DNA of 34,694 nucleotides, taken from the IMG/VR virus record IMGVR_UViG_3300031184_000007, positions 1 through 34,694 of that record. One strand, 5' to 3'. The notes beneath the pieces are model-generated. The model saw nothing but the letters and a program-made list of their open reading frames with translations. It did not search any database and was not told the DNA's origin. The stretch comes from a virus. Taxonomy: Duplodnaviria > Caudoviricetes. The stretch's first letter is position 1. Each line of letters begins with the position of its first letter. Position numbers and translations under genes: made by a program. Shown piece after piece: positions 1-7,923 of this stretch.

Positions 1-2
1 AG

Positions 3-1106
3 ATCCCCTTTCACGCGGACCTCTTTCGCTCGATCGTCGCGACCACAATCACCCGGTTTTGCCAATCCGACCGCGTCGAGATCGTCGAGCGGCATGTGCC
101 GAAAATTCCCGGCTTCTCGGATCACGATCAGGAATTCGCCTACAAATGGGCGCCGCTCGCCGCGCAACTCGTATGGCGCCGGATGGTCGACCCAGGCGAC
201 GACATGCCGATGGGTCATGACGGCTATGTCAAGCTCTGGGCACTCGGCAACCCGCGTTTGTTCGGCGACTTCATCATGGTCGACGAAGCGCAAGATCTAA
301 ACCCTGTGCTCATCGCGGTCGTTCAAAGTCAACAAATGCAGATTGTTGCCGTCGGCGACTCCCATCAGCAAATCTATGAATGGCGCGGCGCGCGCGATGC
401 GCTGGTGATCCTGCCTGGCGCCGAATGCCGGTTGACGACGTCGTTCCGGTTCGGCGATACGATCGCGGCCGGCGCCGGCCGCGTGCTCGCCGCGATGGGC
501 GAGACGTTCCCGCTGTCAGGCTTCCCGATGATCAAAGACGAGATCGTCAACGAGCGCGCCGAAGGTTCCGACGCTGTCCTATGCCGCTCCAATGCCGCCG
601 TCATCGGCGAGTCGATCGGATACCTTGACGAAGGCCGCACGGTCGCCACGCCCGGCGGTACCGGCGAGATGCGGGCCCTGGTCGAGGACGTCGAGACGCT
701 ACGCCAGCACCGCCCGGCGCGCTCCGCCTCGCTCATGGGGTTTGCGTCCTGGAAAGAGGTCGAGCAGCACGCCGAAACTGATGAAGGCCGTGGCTTGCGC
801 GTCTTCGTCCAGCTCGTTGGTAAGTACGGACCCGGCACCCTAAAGCGCGTACTCGATCAGATCGTGCCATATGAAAAAGGCCGCGTCCCGCCCGGCACTG
901 TGACCATATCGACCGCGCACAAGGCCAAGGGTTTGGAATGGCCGTGCATCGCAATCAATGATGATTTCTATGCGAGCGACGAAGAAGACGCCAAAATCAG
1001 CACGGCCGAACGCCGGTTATTCTATGTCGCGATCACTCGCGCGCAACATGTGTTGTGCGTCGACCCGCTCGTGCTCGACGCTTTCAGCCGGCCAAGCGAG
1101 GAATAG
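3..1106 (+). CDS. UvrD/Rep (SF1) DNA helicase, 5' truncated by window edge
   Basis: Frame open from nt 3. SF1 motifs IMVDEAQD (II), VGDSHQQIYEWRGA (III), LTTSFRF (IV), STAHKAKGLEW (V), LFYVAITRA (VI). Confidence 0.93.
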   Translation: MPFHADLFRSIVATTITRFCQSDRVEIVERHVPKIPGFSDHDQEFAYKWAPLAAQLVWRRMVDPGDDMPMGHDGYVKLWALGNPRLFGDFIMVDEAQDLNPVLIAVVQSQQMQIVAVGDSHQQIYEWRGARDALVILPGAECRLTTSFRFGDTIAAGAGRVLAAMGETFPLSGFPMIKDEIVNERAEGSDAVLCRSNAAVIGESIGYLDEGRTVATPGGTGEMRALVEDVETLRQHRPARSASLMGFASWKEVEQHAETDEGRGLRVFVQLVGKYGPGTLKRVLDQIVPYEKGRVPPGTVTISTAHKAKGLEWPCIAINDDFYASDEEDAKISTAERRLFYVAITRAQHVLCVDPLVLDAFSRPSEE

Positions 1107-1111
1107 CCGAG

Positions 1112-1318
1112 ATGGTCACAGGGGCAGTTGTTCGGGACTTTGACGATGAAGAGCGGCAAAAAGTGTTGGCGTTGATGAACGATCTTGAAAGAAATCGATA
1201 TTTACAACTTGAAAAGATGATCGAAAACGCCATCGACCGGCTTTATTGGGCACGCAAAGAAGGTCGAAAAATACGCGCACGAGTACGAGCACGTCACAAA
1301 CGGAGGAATAAATCATGA
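1112..1318 (+). CDS. hypothetical protein, basic C-terminus
   Basis: ATG 5 nt after the helicase stop; ATGA overlap with the next gene. Confidence 0.65.
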   Translation: MVTGAVVRDFDDEERQKVLALMNDLERNRYLQLEKMIENAIDRLYWARKEGRKIRARVRARHKRRNKS

Positions 1319-1653
1319 AATCATGGATCTATGTCGCCACCGGCACGATTGCGGTGATCTGTCTCGCGGGCGGTTCAAAGCCAACCGCTGTCACGACCGA
1401 ACAACGCGCTATTCAACGCGCCGAGCAGGTGCAAGCCGCCGGACTTGCGTCGCTCAAACGTTCGTTGAGGGATGCGGAAAGCGCACGGTTCGACGGCGTG
1501 CGCTATGTTAGCACGCCGGCCGGTGAAGCCGTGTGCGGCGTGGTCAACGCTCGCAACGGCTTCGGTGGCTTCGTTGGCTGGCGGCCGTTCGTCGTCAGCG
1601 GTGAGGGTGTGGCGATCAACTCGGCGCCGGCATTCCGAAAATACTGCCTGTAA
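1315..1653 (+). CDS. exported/membrane-anchored conserved hypothetical protein
   Basis: N-terminal hydrophobic segment; LRDAESARF...VCGVVNARNGFGGFVG resembles a motif common in phage and proteobacterial hypothetical proteins. Confidence 0.8.
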   Translation: MKSWIYVATGTIAVICLAGGSKPTAVTTEQRAIQRAEQVQAAGLASLKRSLRDAESARFDGVRYVSTPAGEAVCGVVNARNGFGGFVGWRPFVVSGEGVAINSAPAFRKYCL

Positions 1654-1660
1654 ACACAAT

Positions 1661-1717
1661 TTGACGCGGTCGCTATGAACCGCTATGAACCATACAACGG
1701 GTGACATGGTGTCACCC
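1661..1717 (+). promoter_or_regulatory. putative promoter/operator: TTGACG, tandem CGCTATGAAC repeats and palindrome GGGTGACA-TGG-TGTCACCC
   Basis: Intergenic; same TATGAACC tandem as the promoters at 5398 and 5647; 8-bp inverted repeat at 1699-1717. Confidence 0.6.
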
Positions 1718-1739
1718 ACTTTCACAGGGGTTCCCCATC

Positions 1740-1997
1740 ATGACCAAACGCCAAAAGATGGCGCAACGCTCGACCACGCCAGCCGTGGAATCGTTGAAAA
1801 CCTATGTGTTCAACGAGATCGTTCACCAGCACGAACTTGTATCGAACCGCCATAGTCACGCGGTGATGTTCGTTGCACGGTTTTGCGAACCGGCGACAAA
1901 AGAGAACATTCGATTCGTCGTCGACATGATCACCAAAATGAACGCGACCGAATTCGACGACCTCAATCTAATCCGTCAATATCTGCGCGGTGAATGA
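1740..1997 (+). CDS. hypothetical protein
   Basis: ORF in a packed + strand run downstream of the putative promoter. Confidence 0.65.
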   Translation: MTKRQKMAQRSTTPAVESLKTYVFNEIVHQHELVSNRHSHAVMFVARFCEPATKENIRFVVDMITKMNATEFDDLNLIRQYLRGE

Positions 1998-2226
1998 TAT
2001 GGGTCATAACTACGAGCACTTGATACCGGCACAACGGCTTGAAAAGGCATGTCTTCTTAGGAAAACTGCGGCTGAATATCGTCGTAATGCCGAAACGATG
2101 CGCCGTCGGAAATGGTGGCAATGGTTGTTGTTCGTTCACATAGACCCACGTTTATCCGCAATCTTCATCGCAGAAGCAGAAAAATATGAAGCTCGCGCTA
2201 TCGCGATCGAGGCAACGTTAAAATGA
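1990..2226 (+). CDS. hypothetical protein
   Basis: Overlaps both neighbours in operon fashion. Confidence 0.65.
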   Translation: MNDMGHNYEHLIPAQRLEKACLLRKTAAEYRRNAETMRRRKWWQWLLFVHIDPRLSAIFIAEAEKYEARAIAIEATLK

Positions 2227-2528
2227 TCTCGGAACCAGACATCATTATGCGTGCGGTAGCTGCAATCAAACGAGCGGCCGGAGAGATCGCACCCGAACAT
2301 GCACACATCGTACGCTCCGTGGCAATCGCGGCTATCCGTGAAGAATTCGCCATGCCAGATGATTGGCAACCAGTCGCGCATAAGCCGGATTGGTGGTCGC
2401 TCAAGAATATCAAAACCGGTGAAGTCTACAAAGGCAATGCCGCACGTGGCGGTAAACGCCTGATCGTTTTCAAAAGTCTCGAAGCCGCCCGCCGCAAGGC
2501 TTACTTGAAAAATAAGGATCTTATCTAA
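2223..2528 (+). CDS. hypothetical protein
   Basis: ATGA and TAATG coupling with neighbours. Confidence 0.7.
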   Translation: MISEPDIIMRAVAAIKRAAGEIAPEHAHIVRSVAIAAIREEFAMPDDWQPVAHKPDWWSLKNIKTGEVYKGNAARGGKRLIVFKSLEAARRKAYLKNKDLI

Positions 2529-2896
2529 TGCATCAGAGAACCAGTGAAGTTGTACGCGGTCTTCTGTCGAATAAAATCCGCGAAGTGCTGTCCGACATCA
2601 ACCGCCCGGTTGGTGCCACTCCGCCTTTGCCTGGAAATATGGTCATAGGGCTGGTCGGCGAACTCGACGCCTATAGCGCGGCCCTGGTGGACTTCATGCG
2701 CGCTGGCCAGTCACCGGACAATGACGTCGCTTTGAGCGCGCTCGATGCGCTTATCGACGGCGCCGGCACGCTCGCCGAACTCGACGCCTATTTCGACAAA
2801 GGTACCGGCAAGGGTTCCGTGCCGCACAAGCTGATTCGTCGGTTGCGAGTGATCGCCGAGCACCAATTACCGGTGATCGAAGTCGCGGCGGAATGA
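2528..2896 (+). CDS. hypothetical protein
   Basis: TAATG coupling upstream, ATGA downstream. Confidence 0.7.
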   Translation: MHQRTSEVVRGLLSNKIREVLSDINRPVGATPPLPGNMVIGLVGELDAYSAALVDFMRAGQSPDNDVALSALDALIDGAGTLAELDAYFDKGTGKGSVPHKLIRRLRVIAEHQLPVIEVAAE

Positions 2897-2955
2897 ATAT
2901 CGGTCACGGCCTGATCATCGTCGGTCTGACGATGATCGTCATTCTCATCATGTAG
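2893..2955 (+). CDS. 20-aa hydrophobic micropeptide MNIGHGLIIVGLTMIVILIM
   Basis: ATGA overlap with the upstream stop; fills the gap; a single TM-like helix. Not in the ORF track. Confidence 0.5.
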   Translation: MNIGHGLIIVGLTMIVILIM

Positions 2956-2963
2956 GAATCGTC

Positions 2964-3350
2964 ATGCAACAAACTCACACGATTTCGTTCACCATTCCCA
3001 CCGCAAAAATCCTGGCCGTCGGTGCCGGGCTGCTCGCCGGCTTAGTCATCGGCGCGGGGCTGGCATACGCCGGCGCACACGGCTTCCATGAGCTTTGGAT
3101 ACCTGTGTCCATGCTGCCTGGATACCTCGCACGCCAGTCGCAAGCCCCGGCACGCCCGCGCCTGGTCGCCAGTCAACCGGAAGCCATAGCACGCGCACAC
3201 GCCGCGTTGGCGGCCGCCGCAGCGGTCGACAAGCACCCGCAGATCCACCCGGCCGTCGCGGCGTTCGACGCGGTCCCGGCGCCAGTACGCGCCGCGCTCG
3301 ACCAGCTCGTTGAACATGTGCTTGCTGAGAAGTATCGGACGGCCGCGTGA
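2964..3350 (+). CDS. membrane protein (about 2 TM) with Ala-rich tail
   Basis: AGGA RBS; hydrophobic ILAVGAGLLAGLVIGAGLAYAG. Confidence 0.7.
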   Translation: MQQTHTISFTIPTAKILAVGAGLLAGLVIGAGLAYAGAHGFHELWIPVSMLPGYLARQSQAPARPRLVASQPEAIARAHAALAAAAAVDKHPQIHPAVAAFDAVPAPVRAALDQLVEHVLAEKYRTAA

Positions 3351-3658
3351 TGACGTTCGAAGCATGGCATTGCACGCGCCACGATGGGAAGCTATGCCCG
3401 GCCGAGGGGTGTCCTGCATCCTATGGCTGCGCGATCGACCGGGGATGGTCACAGGGGCAACCCTCGCCGCCTCAGTGCCAAGACATCACGCGACCGTCCG
3501 CCTGGTGGTCGTTCTATCGGATCTTGCCCGGTTTGCTGGTGGAAGCCAGCCGCGCCAGCGCGTTCCGGCGCGGCTGGTCGTTCGCCGATCTCCACCCGGT
3601 TGCCTGGTTCGTGATCGTCACGGTTGTGTCGTTCACCGTCGGCGCGTTGGTGTTCTGA
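3347..3658 (+). CDS. Cys-rich hypothetical protein with C-terminal TM
   Basis: GTGA/TGATG coupling; five Cys in the N-terminal half; hydrophobic C-terminus. Confidence 0.6.
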   Translation: MMTFEAWHCTRHDGKLCPAEGCPASYGCAIDRGWSQGQPSPPQCQDITRPSAWWSFYRILPGLLVEASRASAFRRGWSFADLHPVAWFVIVTVVSFTVGALVF

Positions 3659-3843
3659 TGACGGAAGCCGAGCGATCTTTGCTTTTGCTGGTCGCGGCCG
3701 CGTGCCGCGACCAACTGTATATGGCTAATATAAAAGCAACCGACAGGTACGGTTGTCAGATTATAACCAATAAAATCAACGCACTCGATGACTTAATCGA
3801 TACCGTCCAATCGGAAATACCAAATGAAACCAACAAATCCTGA
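3658..3843 (+). CDS. hypothetical protein (MTEAERSLLL...)
   Basis: TGATG coupling at 3656-3660. Confidence 0.6.
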   Translation: MTEAERSLLLLVAAACRDQLYMANIKATDRYGCQIITNKINALDDLIDTVQSEIPNETNKS

Positions 3844-5401
3844 TGGTTCGCCGCTCGAAATCTTGAACTTTGTCCGCATTGTTCATTGGTCCGGCGATGA
3901 TTTAAAAACATTGGAAGCCTGGACAGGTTACGAATGGAGTCGAAAATCAGTCGGTCCAACATCAGCATGGGCAAACGTTCGCGATCTGATTATTCAGGTT
4001 GACAATATTTCCGCCGCAGCCGGTCAAGAAACCCGTTGGGGTTCGCCGATCATACGCGACAGCAATACCGGCGTTGAGGTGACACCGACGCCTGATCCAA
4101 ACACATCGCACCTTCCGGCCGGCGAGCGCATCGGCCAAGTCGCGATCGAGCGTCATCACGGACCAAAGGCCACCGACCCTGTTTACTTTGACGTCCATCT
4201 TTGGAACGGCTTCGGATGGGTGAATGTCGGACCTGGTCATTTCAGCGATGAGAAGACCGCGACCCTGTTCGCAAACAAACTGACCGGCAAATTCGACGAA
4301 GCATCCGTCGGCGGCCTATGTCACATGGGTCATGACTTCGCTTGCCGCCAGTGTGGTGCCCGCCGACCAGAGGCGCCCGCGCTTGCCGGCGAGGCTCCGG
4401 AGACATGCGCCGAAATCATGGAAGGCGCATTCCGAATCACGGTCGACCCACATCATGCCGACCGGTTTAGCGTTACCCGATGGGACGGTGAAGTATGGTC
4501 ATCAGTGTTGATAGCATGTGAGCCGGAGCTTTGGCCGTGGCGGCAGTTTCCTAGCGAGGCCGAAGCCGAGACCGCTATCCTGCAATATGGTCACAGGGTT
4601 GGTGAGACCGTGACGCTCGTCCGCAATGATGGCGCCGAAATCGTATCGGTCGCGCCGGGCGCCGGATCGTTCCCGCGCGAGCACACCGCCGATGAACTGT
4701 TCAGCCGCGACCAGGTGCGCGACCTGGCGACTGCGATCATGGATTTTCAGCGCCAAGGCGAACGGATCGAGCTGAAGGTTGCTGGTCATACCGGCGACAT
4801 GCCGGCGCCACCCGCACCCGCATCAACCGTGTTTCGCATCCGGCCGGATCTTACCAGCATCACGAAGCAATGGAGGATACAAGGTCGACAAGTCTCCGGC
4901 TGCGAATGGGTCGAGATGTTCGAACCCTGTGCGAGCTATTGGATAGCGTTCAACGTTATCCAAAAAACTGAAAACTTCAATTTGGAAAATCCAAGCATAG
5001 AAGATCTTAACCATTGGGCGCGACAAGGATTTCACATCGATCCCCCTGTACTCATCCCTGCCGTGCCGCCGGTTGCTTTGGGAACACCAACACCCGTCGG
5101 TGAATGCCGGATGATCACAGGGTCAGCGGGTGATTGCTGGAACGTCGAAAGGTGGACGGGTCACGAATGGAAGAACATCGCGCGAGATGTGACTAAACGC
5201 ACGGCCGAAACAATCATCCGCGCTCGCAAAGCAAACCCAGATAAAAACCCAGGCTTTGCGCCATGGAACGTTGAACAACGGATCAAATGTCTGCATTCCA
5301 CGTTCGTTGAACGTAACCAAAGCGAATGTAAACTTGACGCAGAAACGTTCATCTCAAAAATATTTAAAGAAATCGAAGAAATAATAGAAAACAACTATTG
5401 A
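3824..5401 (+). CDS. 525-aa hypothetical protein with repeated VxxWxGxxW modules
   Basis: Long ORF; repeats LEAWTGYEW, VHLWNGFGW, VTRWDGEVW, VERWTGHEW. Confidence 0.8.
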   Translation: MKPTNPDGSPLEILNFVRIVHWSGDDLKTLEAWTGYEWSRKSVGPTSAWANVRDLIIQVDNISAAAGQETRWGSPIIRDSNTGVEVTPTPDPNTSHLPAGERIGQVAIERHHGPKATDPVYFDVHLWNGFGWVNVGPGHFSDEKTATLFANKLTGKFDEASVGGLCHMGHDFACRQCGARRPEAPALAGEAPETCAEIMEGAFRITVDPHHADRFSVTRWDGEVWSSVLIACEPELWPWRQFPSEAEAETAILQYGHRVGETVTLVRNDGAEIVSVAPGAGSFPREHTADELFSRDQVRDLATAIMDFQRQGERIELKVAGHTGDMPAPPAPASTVFRIRPDLTSITKQWRIQGRQVSGCEWVEMFEPCASYWIAFNVIQKTENFNLENPSIEDLNHWARQGFHIDPPVLIPAVPPVALGTPTPVGECRMITGSAGDCWNVERWTGHEWKNIARDVTKRTAETIIRARKANPDKNPGFAPWNVEQRIKCLHSTFVERNQSECKLDAETFISKIFKEIEEIIENNY

Positions 5402-5436
5402 CTATGAACCGCTATGAACCTATATTAATAATCAGA
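5393..5436 (+). promoter_or_regulatory. sigma70-type promoter P1: TTGACT-N17-TATATT
   Basis: -35 at 5398-5403, -10 at 5421-5426, A-rich upstream; near-identical copy at 5642-5685. Confidence 0.85.
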
Positions 5437-5453
5437 AGGAAGCGGAGGACACC

Positions 5454-5612
5454 ATGAAGCTCTACAAATACATACTCAAACACTACGGCGAAACGGAAGA
5501 TCAGGAACTAGCAGAAATCTTCGGAGACCTTCACAGACATCTAGTAGAAGGAACCGGAAACAAAGACGAAATCGGACACCGGTTCGCAAAATGGGAAAAA
5601 AGGGGGATTTAA
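5454..5612 (+). CDS. 52-aa early protein MKLYKYILKHYGETEDQELAEIFGDLHRHLVEGTGNKDEIGHRFAKWEKRGI
   Basis: GGAGG RBS directly after P1; GGGGGAT-TTA-ATCCCCC hairpin over the stop. Not in the ORF track. Confidence 0.75.
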   Translation: MKLYKYILKHYGETEDQELAEIFGDLHRHLVEGTGNKDEIGHRFAKWEKRGI

Positions 5613-5641
5613 TCCCCCAACTATTTTAAAATAATTTAAAT

Positions 5642-5685
5642 AACTATTGACTATGAACCGGTATGAACCTATATTAGTAATCAGA
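5642..5685 (+). promoter_or_regulatory. sigma70-type promoter P2: TTGACT-N17-TATATT with AT-rich UP element
   Basis: -35 at 5647-5652, -10 at 5670-5675; 42 of 44 nt identical to P1. Confidence 0.85.
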
Positions 5686-5780
5686 GACGAACTGCTACCG
5701 CGAAGGTCCTGAGTAAATCAGGGGAACCCTAGAAAAAACCGGAAGCAGGGAGGACCCGAAAAGTCCCAGTCCAAATAAAC

Positions 5781-6194
5781 CGACGCTTTATGCGGTGGGA
5801 TTAGACCTACCGTATGGGAGACTAAACAAATGGCTAAGATTGTTACGACATTAGCAGCCGCACTCATGATCTCAACTGCCGCTCACGCCGAACCATTGGA
5901 CGCTAAAAAGCTCGGCACATTCTGCGAGCATCTAGGAAATACTTGGCAGGGTTTCAAATGTGCTTGGAACGCGGCCGGATCGACGACATCGCTTAACAAT
6001 GCGAAACGACTTGAAATTGAAGCAGAAGAAACCGCCGACCCGAACAAAGCTCAGAAGTTGAAAAACAAGGCCGCTTACGAGCGCGCCGAGGCCGAACGTT
6101 ACGCCGACGAGTACCGCCGGAAATACGCTCCCAAGTAAAGCACGAGACGGTCGGACCCGCGAGGGTCCGGCTGATCCCACCGCATAGCGCGTCG
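5781..6194. repeat. 24-nt imperfect inverted repeat (5781-5804 / 6171-6194) enclosing gene 5830-6138
   Basis: CGACGCTTTATGCGGTGGGATTAG pairs with CTGATCCCACCGCATAGCGCGTCG: 21 Watson-Crick, 2 G-U, 1 mismatch. Confidence 0.85.
5830..6138 (+). CDS. secreted helical protein
   Basis: GGAG RBS; Sec signal ending AHA-E; Cys pair. Confidence 0.8.
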   Translation: MAKIVTTLAAALMISTAAHAEPLDAKKLGTFCEHLGNTWQGFKCAWNAAGSTTSLNNAKRLEIEAEETADPNKAQKLKNKAAYERAEAERYADEYRRKYAPK

Positions 6195-6201
6195 CTATAC
6201 T

Positions 6202-6226
6202 CCGCCGACAAATAGTCGGTGGTTTT
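6202..6226 (+). terminator. putative intrinsic terminator
   Basis: CCGCCGAC-aaata-GTCGGTGG followed by TTTT. Confidence 0.6.
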
Positions 6227-6253
6227 AATCATGCTCACCCAAGGAAAGATATT

Positions 6254-7093
6254 ATGAGCAACCTCATCTGGAAAATCCCCGCCGTGATCGGCGGAACCTG
6301 CCTCACCGCAACGGCCGTTTGGTTGAACGCTGAACACGTCGCAACTTCGGAAGGCTGGAATTCACCACTCGTTGCCGCCGGCATCATCGTCACTATCTGC
6401 GCAGCCTCGACGCCGCCACTCGCGGAACGGGCGATGAAATCGGGCCAACCCGCTAAGGCCGTGATGCTCTGGCTGTTCTTCATGCTGGCCGTCGGGTTCA
6501 GCCTGTCAGCATCGATCACACGATCGAGCGGCTATGTCTCCGGTAAGGTGACAACGGCCGAAACGATCAACCGCACCGCCAAGCTTGCCGATGAAGCCTA
6601 CACGGCCGCTAAACGGTCCATGGAGGCCGAATGTGCCAAACGCGGCAATCGTTGCCGTGATATGGAACGCAAGGTTGATGAAGCCCGCAAGACGCTGACA
6701 ACCACAAAGCCAGTGCAAGCCGTCGACGCCGGGTCCGATCGCCTCGCCGCAGTGCTCGGCATTGACGAGACGAAAGTGCAACTTTACGTGCCGCTGCTTC
6801 TGCCGCTTGGCCTTGAGATCGGTGGTTTCATCTTCCTGGCGTTCGGCCTGTCGCCGCGCCGCCGCGAAGCCACTGTGATCATAACAGGCACCGACGAGAA
6901 GCCGTTGCAAACCGTTGCAAAGCCTGCGAAGGGCGGTTCCAAAGATTACTATTTGCAACGTTTGCAACGTGAATATCCAATCTTGGCAGGCAAGGTTGCA
7001 CGCGATGAAATGAGCGTTTACGCCGCAACGGTCGCGGCGGGCATGCGCAAAGCACCACGCAAAAAATCGCATCTGAAAATCGTTGCGAACTAG
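6254..7093 (+). CDS. multi-pass membrane protein with coiled coil and basic, putative DNA-binding C-terminal domain
   Basis: About 4 hydrophobic segments; ECAKRGNRC; C-terminal GSKDYYLQRLQREYP...MSVYAATVAAGMRK. Confidence 0.8.
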   Translation: MSNLIWKIPAVIGGTCLTATAVWLNAEHVATSEGWNSPLVAAGIIVTICAASTPPLAERAMKSGQPAKAVMLWLFFMLAVGFSLSASITRSSGYVSGKVTTAETINRTAKLADEAYTAAKRSMEAECAKRGNRCRDMERKVDEARKTLTTTKPVQAVDAGSDRLAAVLGIDETKVQLYVPLLLPLGLEIGGFIFLAFGLSPRRREATVIITGTDEKPLQTVAKPAKGGSKDYYLQRLQREYPILAGKVARDEMSVYAATVAAGMRKAPRKKSHLKIVAN

Positions 7094-7101
7094 CTACTTC
7101 A

Positions 7102-7141
7102 ACCGTAGGTCCTGCATATACTAAAAGGACCTACGGTCTTT
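7102..7141 (+). terminator. 12-bp perfect hairpin, probable terminator or processing site
   Basis: ACCGTAGGTCCT (7102-7113) / AGGACCTACGGT (7126-7137), then CTTT. Confidence 0.65.
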
Positions 7142-7169
7142 CTATCTCGCTCAAATGGAGAAAGATATT

Positions 7170-7385
7170 ATGAGCAGAATGCCAGATCACATCGCTGATG
7201 AATTGCACGCGGCGCGTCGCACGGCCGTCAATTGGTTAAAGTTGCAATATGCCGCTGGCCTAAACCTCGTCAACACCGGCAAGCGCGACCATTGTCCTGG
7301 TCAAATTTACCGAGAGCGACAACTTGCAGGCAACGCCGCGCTCCAGCGCATTGAACAAATCAAACGGGAATATCCAACGCGATGA
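7170..7385 (+). CDS. hypothetical protein
   Basis: GGAG RBS before ATG 7170; start region identical over 17 nt to that of 6254. Confidence 0.7.
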   Translation: MSRMPDHIADELHAARRTAVNWLKLQYAAGLNLVNTGKRDHCPGQIYRERQLAGNAALQRIEQIKREYPTR

Positions 7386-7567
7386 ACGACGATAAAACCA
7401 AGTATCAGGAAAGCGCCGAAAACCATCGGGCGGCCGGCGATACTTTGGCAAAGGAAGGTCATGTGTCCGGTAGCGAGACGATGAAACGTGATTGCTACGA
7501 CAAGGCCCAAACAGAATACAACATTGCTGAAACGCTCGATAATGTAGCGAATAGGATCAAGCCATGA
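7382..7567 (+). CDS. small helical protein
   Basis: ATGA coupling at both ends. Confidence 0.7.
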   Translation: MNDDKTKYQESAENHRAAGDTLAKEGHVSGSETMKRDCYDKAQTEYNIAETLDNVANRIKP

Positions 7568-7746
7568 ACAAAGGTCCGGTGAACACTCACGTTCACCAAA
7601 AGCTCGCCGATGAAACCCAGGCCAAGGCCGATGCGATCAATCCAAAAGATTACGTCGAGCAGGCCGATAAACAAGGGCTGGAAAACCTGGCAAATCAGCA
7701 TCGCGAGATTGCTCAAACGGGGAAGCTCAATGACGACAAACGATAA
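7564..7746 (+). CDS. small helical protein
   Basis: ATGA coupling; AGGA RBS. Confidence 0.7.
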   Translation: MNKGPVNTHVHQKLADETQAKADAINPKDYVEQADKQGLENLANQHREIAQTGKLNDDKR

Positions 7747-7921
7747 GTCACCGGCACGGCAAGCCAAGGAACAGACCCAACGCGCCGCGCGATATGAAAA
7801 GTTGGAACGCAACGATCGCGGCCCGCACCCGTCCGGCGCATCCTACGGCGAGAAAGCTCGCGACGCCCGGCACGCGGCCAACATCTTCACTTACGTCGCT
7901 CGCAAGCTGAGCGGCGACTAA
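7730..7921 (+). CDS. small helical protein (MTTNDKSPARQ...)
   Basis: GGGGA upstream of ATG 7730; resembles its neighbours. Confidence 0.65.
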   Translation: MTTNDKSPARQAKEQTQRAARYEKLERNDRGPHPSGASYGEKARDARHAANIFTYVARKLSGD

Positions 7922-7923
7922 AC

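Noticed and set aside
1701-1715. GTGACATGGTGTCAC as matS
   Set aside because: matS is 13 bp (GTGACRNYGTCAC); this is 15 bp and single-copy. Kept only as a generic palindrome.
5700-5770. Hammerhead ribozyme (CTGA...GAAA)
   Set aside because: The core reads CTGAGTA rather than CTGANGA, and the CTGA is paired in a hairpin.
5781-6194. Insertion sequence bounded by the 24-nt inverted repeats
   Set aside because: The enclosed ORF is a signal-peptide protein, not a transposase; no obvious target duplication; mismatches favour G-U pairing.
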